Notes under the pieces: generated by a model
What the model saw: only the letters and a program-made list of their open reading frames with translations
What the model was told of the DNA's origin: nothing
Database searches by the model: none
Shown: positions 27,501 to 36,579 of the stretch, piece after piece
How positions within the stretch are numbered: the stretch's first letter is position 1
Layout: every line of letters starts with the position of its first letter
Position numbers and translations under genes: made by a program
NCBI GenBank assembly: GCA_002633005.1
Contig: NMRA01000263.1
Span: 126,824-190,266, forward strand
Direction: 5' to 3'
Source: Phoronis australis
Taxonomy: Eukaryota > Animalia > Phoronida
DNA: 63,443 nt

Positions 27501-30500
27501 ATATAGCAGAGTCAAAAGTCAGATGGACGGTCAGTTAAGTGACCAGAATGATTCTGAGAATTATCCTGAATGCAGTACACAGTAAACACAGAAATGTCCC
27601 CTAAAATACATATTTACAACATTAGCAGCTACGTCAGCTGTACATCCACTGACGACGACACCAAGTTTAAAGTCATCATAAATCAACATTCCAATCTCAC
27701 CAACCAATCACTTCAATGGCAGCCAGATTGCAGGGTTATTCTGGTGAAGCTTTCATTCAAGAAACACTTGCCATTCACTCACGTGATTTTGCATATTAAC
27801 TTAATCTTGCTTCTATCGGTCTATGGAAAGCTACCAAGTTCAACATTTATCAACAATAACCCGCGAGAGGTCAACATCAAAAATATAAATGGAGATAATA
27901 CTAGAACAACATAAAATATTAACATCCACACACACCTCAAGGAATCACAAATGACAAAGAATCTAAATTTAATTGGGGGCGGATAGACAAGGAATGATAT
28001 CCTGCCCAAAATTAAAATGGCCAACAAAAGCCACTGAGGAAGTCAGTCCACAAAAAATCATGAGAAAAACATTGGATGTGTAAACTATCACCATAGAGAC
28101 AAGAACAGGACTGGAAGAACCCCAACAGAGGGTGAGAAAGGTGAAATCAAGCCAGGACTAGTAACAGATGAAATGCAGGAAATGTGAGTATAATAGCAAC
28201 AAACATTGCCACAGTAACAAGTAATTTAATTACCACTCAGTGGTTGTAGTTAAAGCAAAGTTAGGAAGTGAAAATGCTACAATTACACCTTCATAGGAAC
28301 AAGAAAATATTTCACAGTTCAGTTGCTACCACTGCTAGTACCAGGGTGAGTAACCCAAGGAAATGTTAGAGGAAAAGAGTAAACACTGATGGCAGGGCAA
28401 ATGTGTGAGAAAGTTATAGTAAACTAGGCTAAGTCTAAAGGAAATACCTCATGACCAATGTCAGAGGAAGGAAATAGTCTTTATAGTTTTTCACTCAACA
28501 TGACAAAATTTAGATATTTAATTAGTTGGTTGTCTGATTACAAAAACAATTCACAGTTTCACACCACAAGATTTTCCCAATAATTTGACAGGAAATTCAT
28601 AACTCTAGACTTTTAATGGACAATTGCTGCTTGACCTCATTCTAAAATACAAACATTTGATTTAGACCTCTTTGCACTATAAAGCTGGTCTCAACCAGAG
28701 ACCAATCTCACTAGTAAGCTTGCTTAAGTGAAAATTGACAACTTCATACTTTGAATAATGAGTTTATCGTGGTAAAATTGAGCCTCAGAAGCAACCATTC
28801 AATTTCAAAAATTAAAAACCCTTACTCACTGCATTAGAAAAATCTAAACTGCAACTTGGACAAAAACAGCATGCTTTAAAACTCCGCCATATCTGTCTTT
28901 AACAGTCGTTACAGGCTTAACACTGACTTACCATAGCACTCGGGAATATCTGTTCGCAATGAACAAACTGGGCGGCCATTCTAAAGAAGAAACAAAGTAC
29001 GAAACAAGTGGCTTTTTTTGAAAAAATGGCAATCATGTAAAAACTCAAAATCACAAACATATGAAAGAGCAAATTTGTGAAAATTAGCATTTCAAATGTG
29101 TTGGGTAACAAAGATAGAAGATAGAGAATGAAAGTCAAAAATGAAAACAAACTTAAAATAATGATGAACTAACATATGTGCTGCCCATAAACTATGGAAA
29201 CTAAATGAGGCCACCTTTAAAATATTTTTGTTAATTGCCCAATACCCAGCAGGTAAAATATTTGATTTTTATATGCCTCATTTTTGGGAATGCTAATTTT
29301 TGTTTTTCCAAAATCCATTATAGTTAACAGTCAACAGCACAAAGGGAAACAACTTTCATTTCAATTTATCCTCAACTATTAAATTTAGTACATCCATGAT
29401 TAGACATTGTTGATAAACCAGTGAACTGAGACTGAAAATGAAACTCATGGAGCCTTGACTGTGTTAAACACCACAATCTACATGTCCCACATTTCTGTCA
29501 CAAAATAAACTGACAAAATACATTTTCTAAAATGTTATTTCCCACAAAAACAAAATGAAACAATTTTTCATGACCTCACAAAATGACTGTCTAGCAAAAT
29601 AATGGGTTTTATTGCCTATAGTCACATGAAATTTTCCATACGTTTATCCTTTTTTAAGGTTCCACGAGTTTCCACACATGGAAATTATTTCTGCCATTTT
29701 CCAAGTTTTCTAGTAGGAGTGGGAAACATAAAACTGTAAACAAGGAATTCAATGTAAAATTTCTTTCATCCATGACCAAGTCTACCGGACATTGTTTTAA
29801 TCACCTTACCTGACAGGTACAGAGAGTGCATTGGTCGCGGTTCCAAGACTCGCCTTCTTGAAATACGGAACCATCGGAAGAGCATTGTGAGATGCATTTG
29901 CACATTTCAAGACGTGACACTCGTTTGTGTAACTCACTATTCTGAAAACAAATTAAATACCACTGCACTTCTAGAAAAATGAAACTGAATCCTAAAAATA
30001 TAATTATTTATGCAAACAGAACTCAGCTAATGTCGATTAGTACCACACGTTTATCAAGAAACTGATTTTACAGACACACACACAACGTCTACACTGTCAA
30101 TGGCCATAAAAGAAAATATTTTAAAACGAAATAAAATAAAATACAAATAAAGCACTCAAACAGAGCACAAGTACATTTGACAGCACAAGTAAAAATACCC
30201 GAGCTTGGAATCAAACTCAGTCAAATGGATTGAGTGGAAATTGAATTAGTATTTTCCGAGACTGTAGTCAGCAATATTTAGCAAAAGCCTGCGCGACTGG
30301 TGTCAGATATTTAATGTGCTTAAAATTATCTGCAGACAATACAACGAAAACTGAAACAGTGCTTGAAAAGTCAGGGAGTAAAGAATTTCAAAAATTATAA
30401 AGTTGACATTCAATTGGTAAGTCAACTATTCTGGGGCCTACGGTGCGGGTTCGTTTCCCACCCCTGTACAATTACAATAAAGTAACAAAAATTTTGACTC

Positions 30501-33500
30501 ACCTGTGTCTTGAGCATAGTAACCATTTCCGACAGTGACTGAAGCTGTTCTTGAAGTGTTCTACCTTCCTCGTGTTTGTCGGTAATCACATTACTAATGT
30601 CCCCGGTGTCCTTAAAAGGCTTCAAATGGGGAGAGTCGACACTAACTATGCCTTTGCCATTTAACTGGTCCTCTTCAGCTGAACACAAAATTAGCAATGG
30701 CATATTGACTGACAGTAACCATAAGAGTGTAACATTTTGATAACAGTAATGGTAGAACAATGTAGTTATTCTGTACAAAAGAAGTCTAAAATGCTAGTTT
30801 TTAATTCTTTAAATAGGCTGAAGTATAAGTCACGAATTATATAAATTACCATTCAAAAGCTATTTTATAACAACTATAGGGAACAAACTATGTTAACAAT
30901 GAAATGGACATTGAGTACTTTCCTTTAATTTTGCGTGAAAAGCTTACAAAATGTTGGAAATTCTAGTGGCTGAACATTTCTCATACGAACTCAACAGGAT
31001 TTTCATGAAGTTTTCTCTGTCCTCACTAGGCACTCAAAACAATTCACGTAAAACTATAAAAATATTCAAATAAACAGAACTAAAAAATCTAGTGATCCTG
31101 AAAATCACTTGATCACGGGTGAGAAACAACATGACCACCGGTCCTCAAAATCGGACTGCCTCACCCAAAACAGGACCTCCGGGGATCAATATGCGGTTTC
31201 AATCCCCGGCGGTCATGTTCAGTCCCCGGCGGTCCTGTTTTCTGGTGGGGCGGTCATGTTTTTAGGTGCGTCAGTCCCATTTTCTGGTGCGACGGTCCCA
31301 TTTGATCCCCGGAGGTCCTGTTTTGGGTGAGGCGGTCCGATTTAGGAGGACCGGCGGTCATGTTGTTTCTCACCCGTGTTGATACTCCTGGGCAAATAAA
31401 CATGAAATCCCAGCAAGACTAGGCACCACCACAAGGGCTGCACAATGGTATTCAAATGCTGATACTAACTGACAGTACATAAATGAACACCAGCAGGATA
31501 CAGAGAGCAAAAGTACTGGTCTTATTATCAGGTCTAGGAACATTTAGGAAGCATGAAGCATGGAAAAGAATAACTCTTTACATTCATTATGGAAAGTGTA
31601 TTCAACAGATTTTGAGAACATTGTCATGTTCCACAGTAAATGTTCCTCAGTCTTCAGATCTCCATACCAGTATAAGATTCATAGACTGAAGGTTTTGTTT
31701 ACGGAGCCTTGCCTGAGTTTGCCCAATCGGTGACTGAAAGGAACAGTCAGGTGGATAACCCACTAATTGCAAACAACAGCAGGCGTGCATTCCCTAGAGG
31801 CAAGACTTCATGAGATATCAACATGTATTGCAAGGAAAGCATGAGATCACACTAGCTTCCTCAGAGAGATTCTTGTGTCTACAAAACTCTACCTGTAGAG
31901 GGAAGAATCTCACGAAAATGCAAGAACACAAGACTTCACGAGATATTGCCTTATATTACAAGCAAAGCACATGGTCATACTAAATTCTTTAGTGAAGTTC
32001 TTGCTTCTACGAAACTCTAGTCAGGTTTCACTTTTCTAAGACGCAAGATGATGCAAGAGATATTATTATGCATTAAATGGTTACAACCAAAGCCCATGAA
32101 CACAATGGATTTTCTTGGCTTGCGTCCACAGAACACAGCCATAATATCAGTCATTCCAACACAGAACTATCAAAAAATATCATTAAAATACGGCATCACA
32201 AAGAAAATATCAAAGGGTTTTTTAAAGTGAGCTGTACAGCACTAGGCAAGACAGAAGAGGGCCGGGTGTCTAATAGAAACCTGCCTCCCTTTAACAGCAT
32301 CTGGGTCTGACACACATACGCACATCTGAAATCAATACCCACCCCCACTTCTAGTAATCCACCACTCTGGACAACAAACACCAATAGTATACAGCCCAAG
32401 CCATAATCAAGCATCAGAACTACATTCCTAAACATCTGGTAAATGAATTCAAACAAGAATTTTAAAAGCACTTTTAACCTGCAATGAATACTTACTGAGT
32501 GTTTGACTTCTTTCTATGTGCTCCGTCTCACTACTGTTGAGGCATGGTTGGAAACTTTTGTTACTGGAAAGTTTTGCTTCAACAATTTTGCCCTGAAATA
32601 GTTCATGAATCCAACAAGAACAGAAAAACTGATTTTAACTGTTAAAACAGTGTGCTTAAATAACTGCCAAATTAAAAATTCGAAATTGACTACGTTGCAA
32701 TAATTTTTCACGTATTTTTGCACACAATAATTGCCAAAATTGTAGTACATGTATTTCTAATTAACGAAGACCGATTACTGTGATGCAAACTGGGGAAATT
32801 TTGACATTTTTGAGTTTTTTATTTTTCTTTTGCTTCAAAATTTGACAAAATAAAAATTCACTAGTCCGCCATGTTGTGCACTAAACAGGTGAGGAATTAC
32901 CCGAAGTGCATGATAATGAATGTATGAGGTCCAGGCGGTTGACTGACTAAAAGTACTGCCTAAATGAAGAAAGCAGATGAAGACAGAGAAAATATGCGGC
33001 CAAAATAGAGGTTACTGTGAAGAATGATAATTACAGGTAGAAATGAAGCCTGAAATACATTTCCTAATGAATTGACCTGTTTGCAAATAGTGCGTGTAGT
33101 TGTCTGAGCTATGGACTGAGAGAAGCCAGTGCTGCGTCAAAATTATTGATGTGAGCAGGCGATACCTCAATGGAAATTATGTATGTCTACAGCTAAGTTA
33201 AAAATACTTTTTTCCACTTTTTTATATGAAGAATATCATAAAACAAATTTCAATGCCAACCAATTTAGTCAAAAGTTGCTCCCAAATTGTACTTTTTCAC
33301 ACACCTGACAATAATTGTTTTCAACCAAAAACATGAGTTGATGCAGAATTTCAAAGCTTAATTTTGAATTACTGGTAGTGGACCATAAAAATATGGGACT
33401 GGCACTTAGCAGCTTCACATTTGATTATGAAAACATCAACACATAAAGGGCTGTAATTTACACTAAATGATCCAGTTCTAGTGATGCCTTTGACTGATGA

Positions 33501-34123
33501 ATTGCAACCTGTGTTTTGAATGAACATCTTTAAAGTACACAGTCAGTCATATGTACAATTTCCATCATTTGTTACAACAGAGCCAAGTTTGTAAAACCTA
33601 ACAACTAAGTAAAATCAATTTTTAACACTTACCAAAAACTTTTTTCTTCCAAACTTGTCTGATCCAAAGCGTACAGAAACCCGGTCAAACAAATTCCAAG
33701 GAAATGACTGGGGAAATGTCTTGGCAATTCTCTTGATGCAGTTTATGACTAACTCCACATTTTGTTTATGAATGGTCACTGTGAATGTGGTGAGCTCATT
33801 CTGGTCAAGAATATGCTGGAACTTCACAGAGTGGACAGCTTTGCAATTGCTGCTACAGAATTTAACGACTAGAAAGTTGTAGTGTAGATTAGATATTATC
33901 TGTATAAATGTTCTGTTATCCACAAGGGATTCTATACTGAGAAGGGATGCAGCAGTCTTATCTCTCTGCTGGGCATGGATAAAAAACTTCAGAAAGTTTG
34001 TTGAATTCAGCTGAAGGTTTTCAGTCAATGGAATGGGAATGATGTTAGGACCAAAATCTTCAGTAAGCCACAGTTCACCATTCTTTGATGAGGAAGTATT
34101 TAGGATGCTCACAATATCCAATC
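414..34123 (-). CDS. Gene span: giant mosaic extracellular protein (TSPN-coiled coil-VWC-[EGF-Kunitz-tyrosinase-like-GYD repeats-Cys module]x2-VWC array), partial at both ends
   Basis: 27 exons with GT-AG boundaries and matching phases, summing to 6855 nt (2285 codons) with no internal stop; recognisable Cys patterns and FLPWH/DPxF tyrosinase motifs; signal-peptide exon and 3' end not securely located. Confidence 0.85.
1267..1452 (-). CDS. Mosaic protein exon: VWC domain
   Basis: CLYEGKTFRDGQVFTPQFNRCLNCSC...GECCPTHCP; phase 1-1, 186 nt, GTGAGT donor. Confidence 0.9.
2843..3019 (-). CDS. Mosaic protein exon: VWC domain
   Basis: CLFEGKPYRHGRRFEPDPCRTCRCAYGSVRC...GQCCRECPG; phase 1-1, 177 nt. 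Confidence 0.9.
4310..4403 (-). CDS. Mosaic protein exon: C-terminal half of a VWC (copy A of duplicated segment)
   Basis: NGKTTCKETKCPPVSCSHPFIPPGVCCPGCS; phase 0-1, 94 nt; only one of the two copies fits the reading frame. Confidence 0.75.
4537..5109. mobile_element. Probable PIF/Harbinger-type insertion, truncated by the gap, present in only one copy of the duplication
   Basis: Copies diverge right after TAA; insert starts GGGCTGTTCC; right end not visible. Confidence 0.45.
6054..6147 (-). CDS. Mosaic protein exon: C-terminal half of a VWC (copy B of duplicated segment)
   Basis: Same peptide as 4310-4403 with three synonymous differences; phase 0-1. Confidence 0.75.
7675..7919 (-). CDS. 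Mosaic protein exon: one and a half VWC domains
   Basis: GCEYLGKPYVNGAEFTPPSDPCQRCRC...GNCCPTCLDCGDKAHGATWREDDCRTCRCE; phase 1-0, 245 nt; absent from the ORF track. Confidence 0.9.
8654..8747 (-). CDS. Mosaic protein exon: C-terminal half VWC
   Basis: MGSIECGPQHCPRITCNNPVTLPGQCCSTCD; phase 0-1. Confidence 0.9.
9411..9496 (-). CDS. Mosaic protein exon: N-terminal half VWC
   Basis: GCVDPYTGAKREEGTSWSGSTKCEVCQCL; phase 1-0, 86 nt. Confidence 0.85.
9977..10164 (-). CDS. Mosaic protein exon: Cys-rich module, copy 2
   Basis: LCLVTHFGSGCPVDKPPIACDQSLCRGLTCAGHKTAVCRVYNCGSCLPIWIDGLTGRQVQCL; phase 2-1; paralogous to 18952-19200. Confidence 0.85.
10850..12534 (-). CDS. Mosaic protein large exon: half-VWC, tyrosinase-like domain 2, G(Y/F)(D/N)xx repeats, linker
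   Basis: 1685-nt exon inside the 586-aa ORF; LRKEIRELT, FLPWHRYFL, VPYYDW, VGGHM, DPLFFSHYAYIDKLW; long run of GYD/GFD/GFN units; phase 0-2. Confidence 0.93.
12869..13137. mobile_element. TTAA-flanked MITE, Kolobok-like (AG termini), with internal inverted repeat
   Basis: TTAA|AGCTGCATTTCGCCCCGTTTTGCTGGCTA ... TAGCCAGCTAAACAAGGCGAATTGCAGCT|TTAA; second inverted pair at about 12955-13049. Confidence 0.8.
13321..13459 (-). CDS. Mosaic protein exon: end of repeat tract and Cys linker
   Basis: GGFNCHGYNEGSVNYRGLSAGFRYDCFDVNSVESCKQMERSQSQLQ; phase 2-0 with the CAG|GTACAT donor, which matches the next exon. Confidence 0.75.
13787..13910 (+). repeat. Dispersed repeat family, copy 1 of 3
   Basis: GCCATTCTGTA...ATAGTTATTACCAGC...TTAACAGA...TTTGTCTTGTACTGT shared with 15610-15826 and, inverted, 54593-54815. 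Confidence 0.65.
14133..14420. repeat. Minisatellite, 36-bp unit x8
   Basis: AAACTTTCTGATACTATGCTATGTGCACTAGTCTCC head to tail. Confidence 0.95.
15138..15303 (-). CDS. Mosaic protein exon: GYD/GFN repeats
   Basis: GFNRRGLNADGVDRQGYDGSGYRDGWNRTGWSSIGEYDGIVDYNDQGYHIDTGLDR; phase 1-2, GTGAGT donor. Confidence 0.85.
15610..15826 (+). repeat. Dispersed repeat family, copy 2 of 3
   Basis: Matches 13787-13910; its 5' part AGAATTCCCTGTCATA is the reverse complement of sequence near 54797-54812. Confidence 0.6.
16524..16633 (-). CDS. Mosaic protein exon: GFD repeats
   Basis: YGFDRDGRGKGGQPRTVDTGTRFGSMVYDQQGFDWQ; phase 2-1. Confidence 0.85.
17127..17260. repeat. Minisatellite, 20-bp unit, about 6-7 copies
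   Basis: AAGGTCGCACATTTCATTTG repeated. Confidence 0.92.
17348..17555 (-). CDS. Mosaic protein exon: Kunitz/BPTI domain 2 and start of repeats
   Basis: GSCDKGSQRWFYNFRTIACEPFTYNGCAGNANNFKSLEACQQHC matches FxYGGCxGNxNNF; phase 1-2. Confidence 0.92.
17947..18108 (-). CDS. Mosaic protein exon: EGF domain 2 and first Kunitz Cys
   Basis: DPCHPNPCKNGGTC...CMCPPGYQGPTCE...VCALPMDS; phase 1-1. Confidence 0.92.
18952..19200 (-). CDS. Mosaic protein exon: Cys-rich module, copy 1
   Basis: RFCFDTTP...CTSNPCETEMCAAFPSATCTIDFCGDCQAVWYHRGRRVDC; phase 1-1, 249 nt. Confidence 0.88.
19702..19941 (-). CDS. Mosaic protein exon: linker after repeat tract 1
   Basis: LTSEVIRQYQVLLEPLATPVCNYSYLRPIGPWQSKIIME...RTC...QYWISRPGNIQ; resembles CNNYYRGP...RICP...VYWLDR of module 2; phase 1-1. 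Confidence 0.75.
20301..20468 (-). CDS. Mosaic protein exon: GYD repeats
   Basis: GYNRDGYNFRGYDREGYDRYGFDKYGFNIYGVDRQGKDRFGNRVTSGFDVGCLDTS; phase 1-1. Confidence 0.88.
20852..21027 (-). CDS. Mosaic protein exon: GYD repeats
   Basis: WGFDRRGYDRDGYNIHGRDSAGRLDTRNLYRYDDYNRYGYDRTGYDRRGYDRHGHDRQ; phase 2-1. Confidence 0.9.
22011..22820 (-). CDS. Mosaic protein exon: tyrosinase-like domain 1
   Basis: VRKEIRDLT, FLPWHRLFI, IPYFDF, VGGDM, NDPLFYAFHSYIDMLY; 810 nt, phase 2-2. Confidence 0.93.
23421..23629 (-). CDS. Mosaic protein exon: Cys linker and half-VWC
   Basis: EYNMATCRSLD...FIPGVTCAENLC...GCRYDNTTYKVSETFRVGCDTCQCVRDHEIVC; phase 0-2. Confidence 0.88.
25725..25843 (-). CDS. Mosaic protein exon: C-terminal part of Kunitz domain 1
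   Basis: GCNGNPNNFLSVSQCEGACLVGACTYRTGSASTRVEYKCE; phase 1-0. Confidence 0.9.
26352..26579 (-). CDS. Mosaic protein exon: EGF domain 1 and N-terminal part of Kunitz 1
   Basis: DPCINHPCLNGGTC...CVCPPWCTGPEC...PCVYQKEEGEKCGASPTQRYYYDASLQNCQPFLFS; phase 1-1. Confidence 0.92.
28932..28980 (-). CDS. Mosaic protein small exon: end of truncated VWC
   Basis: NGRPVCSLRTDIPECY; 49 nt, phase 0-1, GTAAGT donor, bridges neighbouring phases. Confidence 0.75.
29810..29941 (-). CDS. Mosaic protein exon: coiled-coil end and VWC start (NELL-like)
   Basis: NSELHKRVSRLEMCKCISQCSSDGSVFQEGESWNRDQCTLCTCQ; phase 0-0. Confidence 0.88.
30503..30678 (-). CDS. Mosaic protein exon: linker and coiled coil
   Basis: EEDQLNGKG...TLQEQLQSLSEMVTMLKTQ heptad pattern; phase 1-0, GTGAGT donor. 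Confidence 0.82.
31114..31378. mobile_element. MITE with about 80-bp TIRs, CAC...GTG termini and 5-bp TSD (Transib/RAG-like signature)
   Basis: TTGAT|CACGGGTGAGAAACAACATGACC ... GGTCATGTTGTTTCTCACCCGTG|TTGAT; internal GGCGGTC(A/C)TGTT repeats. Confidence 0.88.
31800..32075. repeat. Diverged tandem repeat, about 128-bp unit, two copies plus a partial third
   Basis: CAAGACTTCA(T/C)GAGATAT...AAAGCA...TTCTTG...CTAC.AAACTCTA at about 31801 and 31928. Confidence 0.55.
32496..32592 (-). CDS. Mosaic protein exon: end of TSPN/LamG domain
   Basis: GKIVEAKLSSNKSFQPCLNSSETEHIERSQTL; phase 0-1, GTAAGT donor; completes the F-x-G motif of the previous exon. Confidence 0.75.
33633..34123 (-). CDS. Mosaic protein exon: thrombospondin N-terminal (LamG-like) domain
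   Basis: LDIVSILN...ASLLSIES...TFTVTIHKQNVELVINC...VRFGSDKFGRKKFL; 491 nt, phase 1-0. Confidence 0.8.
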
Positions 34124-35883
34124 CTGAAAATTAAAAAAATCAGTCACTAGTTTCAATGGAGCATTTCTACGATGGAACGTGCTAGGCTAAGTGGCAATCT
34201 GCTGGATGGTCACATTAACGTCATGTCCTATAAGGTAAACTTCGGTGTTTTAATACTCCATCAAAAATCTCCTTACCATTCCCACTAATTCCGAGTACGG
34301 TAAAGTTTTCTCAACATTAGAACAAAAATAATGGCCAAAAATGGAATTTTTTCAATTTCCCAATGCTCACTGTATTCCCAAATATGCTCAAAATTTCATT
34401 GTTTGTTTGTTGATGATGTTAGCCCCACTATACAAAGTTTTCACACAACAAAGCAAAAAATTCTTTTTGTTGCTCTAGTTGAGCATTTTTGAAGAAGTAA
34501 AAATGTTCTGTTCTGCCGTATTGTGCTCTAATTTGAAGAAACTATTTCTCTGAATTTGACACCAGGTGGCATAGGTGATTCCCATTCTTCATTCAACTGC
34601 TAGTTACATCCGGACTAGCCTTTGCCACGGAAGCGGAATTTCACAATTCTGCAATTTAATCCACCTACTTAGAGAGGAGTTGCAAATGATTTAGTCCAGG
34701 ATTTACACTTTCCTACTGACCAAAACTCCTAAGAACAAGAGAGTTGCAATGTCAGAAATAGGAAAGCGACAACACTGCTAATTTACAGAATCTGGTTGTT
34801 ATATTCATGACTACAATCCACAATGTATTTTAGTTCTTCCACAAGATTTAATCTCTGGTCATAGGGTTCAGCAGGTCTAGTCACTGGACTGAGAAGTTTG
34901 GATGTCATGTTGTCTACCTTTAAGTTATCAAAAAATGGAGTGACCTTCTGGAGGTGGAATTACACACTAGTAGACATCCTATGAAAGCCTTGGGGTCTTT
35001 TCTTTCAGGTCATGGGCTTTTAATGAATTCACCTTACAACTACATAAACTTTTAAACGAGCTTAGATTGGCTTATAAATGCTGACTCGTGTGACTACGGT
35101 AAAACCACACCAATTTTGGACACAATATGACACATAGGTGACATTTTTTCCATTTTTTAATGAATGATATACCGGTACAGTACTTTGAGTACTAGAATGA
35201 GGCATTGCCATTCTATGTTTTGATTCTGCACATTAGGCACCAACAGAAAGTATCTTTGAAAAATTGTGGACATGCACAACTATGTTCTAAACAAGACCTT
35301 GAAAACTGAAAAATGTGTATTTTTGGTCATTATTTTTTGTCCGAAATTGGTGAGATTTTAGAGTGGTGTTGCTTTTTTAACGGTCACTGTCCTGATGCCA
35401 GATAGGCAAGAGTTGACCCAAGCTAGACTAAATATCCTGATATTATCATGTATCCATTGTATAACATTGAAAGTTTGAGCCTGGAAATGAAAAGAGGAAA
35501 AAGATGTGTGCTGGAGGCTTATGCCCATGGGTTGGATTAAACTCATGAGAATACATCCACAATAGACCAATGAACTAATCCTCTTCACTATTGGGAGTCA
35601 AATAGTGAAAATCATGCAGAGAAACTGGGTCAAGTCATTACAGAGTGAATGAAGAAGAACATTTCCTGTCTACAACATATGCTTCCAAGCAATGACTACA
35701 AGGACTTACATTTAAAATATACCAAAGGCACTGGCAATTCCCATTTTTGAAAAAAAAAATTAAAAATCAAATAAACATCAAAAAGCAACACAATGTACAA
35801 AATAACTTCAGGCAAAAATTATAAGACATTATACCACAATATTAGCCTCAAATGGCAGATACAACCGTGTAATAACCCATAAA

Positions 35884-36486
35884 GTTATCTCACTAGTGAG
35901 ATAACGATTTGGCGGGAAAACGAGGACGGGGTCGAACCCGGGACCCTAATATTGCTGGTCGCCGACTTTACCACTACACCACGCAGCGACTGACGTCATC
36001 AAGAGTGAAAATGGAATACTTAAATGAGCACGCGCAATAATCGCACGTTCAACAAACCGCATTGTACTGTACTTATACGCTACGAAAAAACTCTGAGGTC
36101 ATATGTCCATTCCCAAATATGGCAACGCAATGCATTCTGGGATGTAATGTCGGATTTGACGACCACAAAGGCGTGTCTTTTTGACCAACTTTCAAACGCA
36201 AAGAAAAATACTCCAAACTCACCTAAAGCACCCCATATTTACGAAACCTTCAAAAAAACTTATACAGCCTGACACAATATAGGTTTTAAACATAACAAAT
36301 AACGTTATACTTTCCTTATTTTATACAATTTTTCAAGGTCCAAGCCACTTTAACAGAAATCAATGAGAGACTCAGGAACAAACCGCATACCTACCAGGTT
36401 AATAGAAAACTGGTAGCCTACCCTACACTACACTACACTACACTACAAAAGTCCTGTCATACTGTACTCGTGATAGAGGCAAAACT
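35884..36486. mobile_element. Putative non-autonomous element with a 22-bp palindrome, tRNA-like segment and (CACTA)n tract (Helentron/DINE-like or SINE composite)
   Basis: Perfect palindrome GTTATCTCACTAGTGAGATAAC at 35884-35905; minus-strand A box TGGTGTAGTGG and B box GGTTCGACCCC at about 35925-35985; (CACTA)n at about 36423-36446; ACTCGTGATAG near the right end resembles the inverted left motif. Confidence 0.4.
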
Positions 36487-36579
36487 GTCTTAGTGTTAAC
36501 TAAAAAAACTAGGACTCAATATTTTAAGCGCCGCGTCTCTGCATCATTGGCGCACTGCTTAACTTGGACCAAACATTAA

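Noticed and set aside
27388-28027. Short overlapping ORFs in a long intron, as with most 60-120 aa ORFs in the track
   Set aside because: No recognisable motifs and no phase-compatible splice sites; expected by chance
32901-32959. Possible 59-nt minus-strand exon between TSPN exons
   Set aside because: Length breaks the frame; 33633 splices cleanly to 32592
35910-35992. Functional tRNA gene
   Set aside because: A and B boxes are present but acceptor and anticodon stems do not pair
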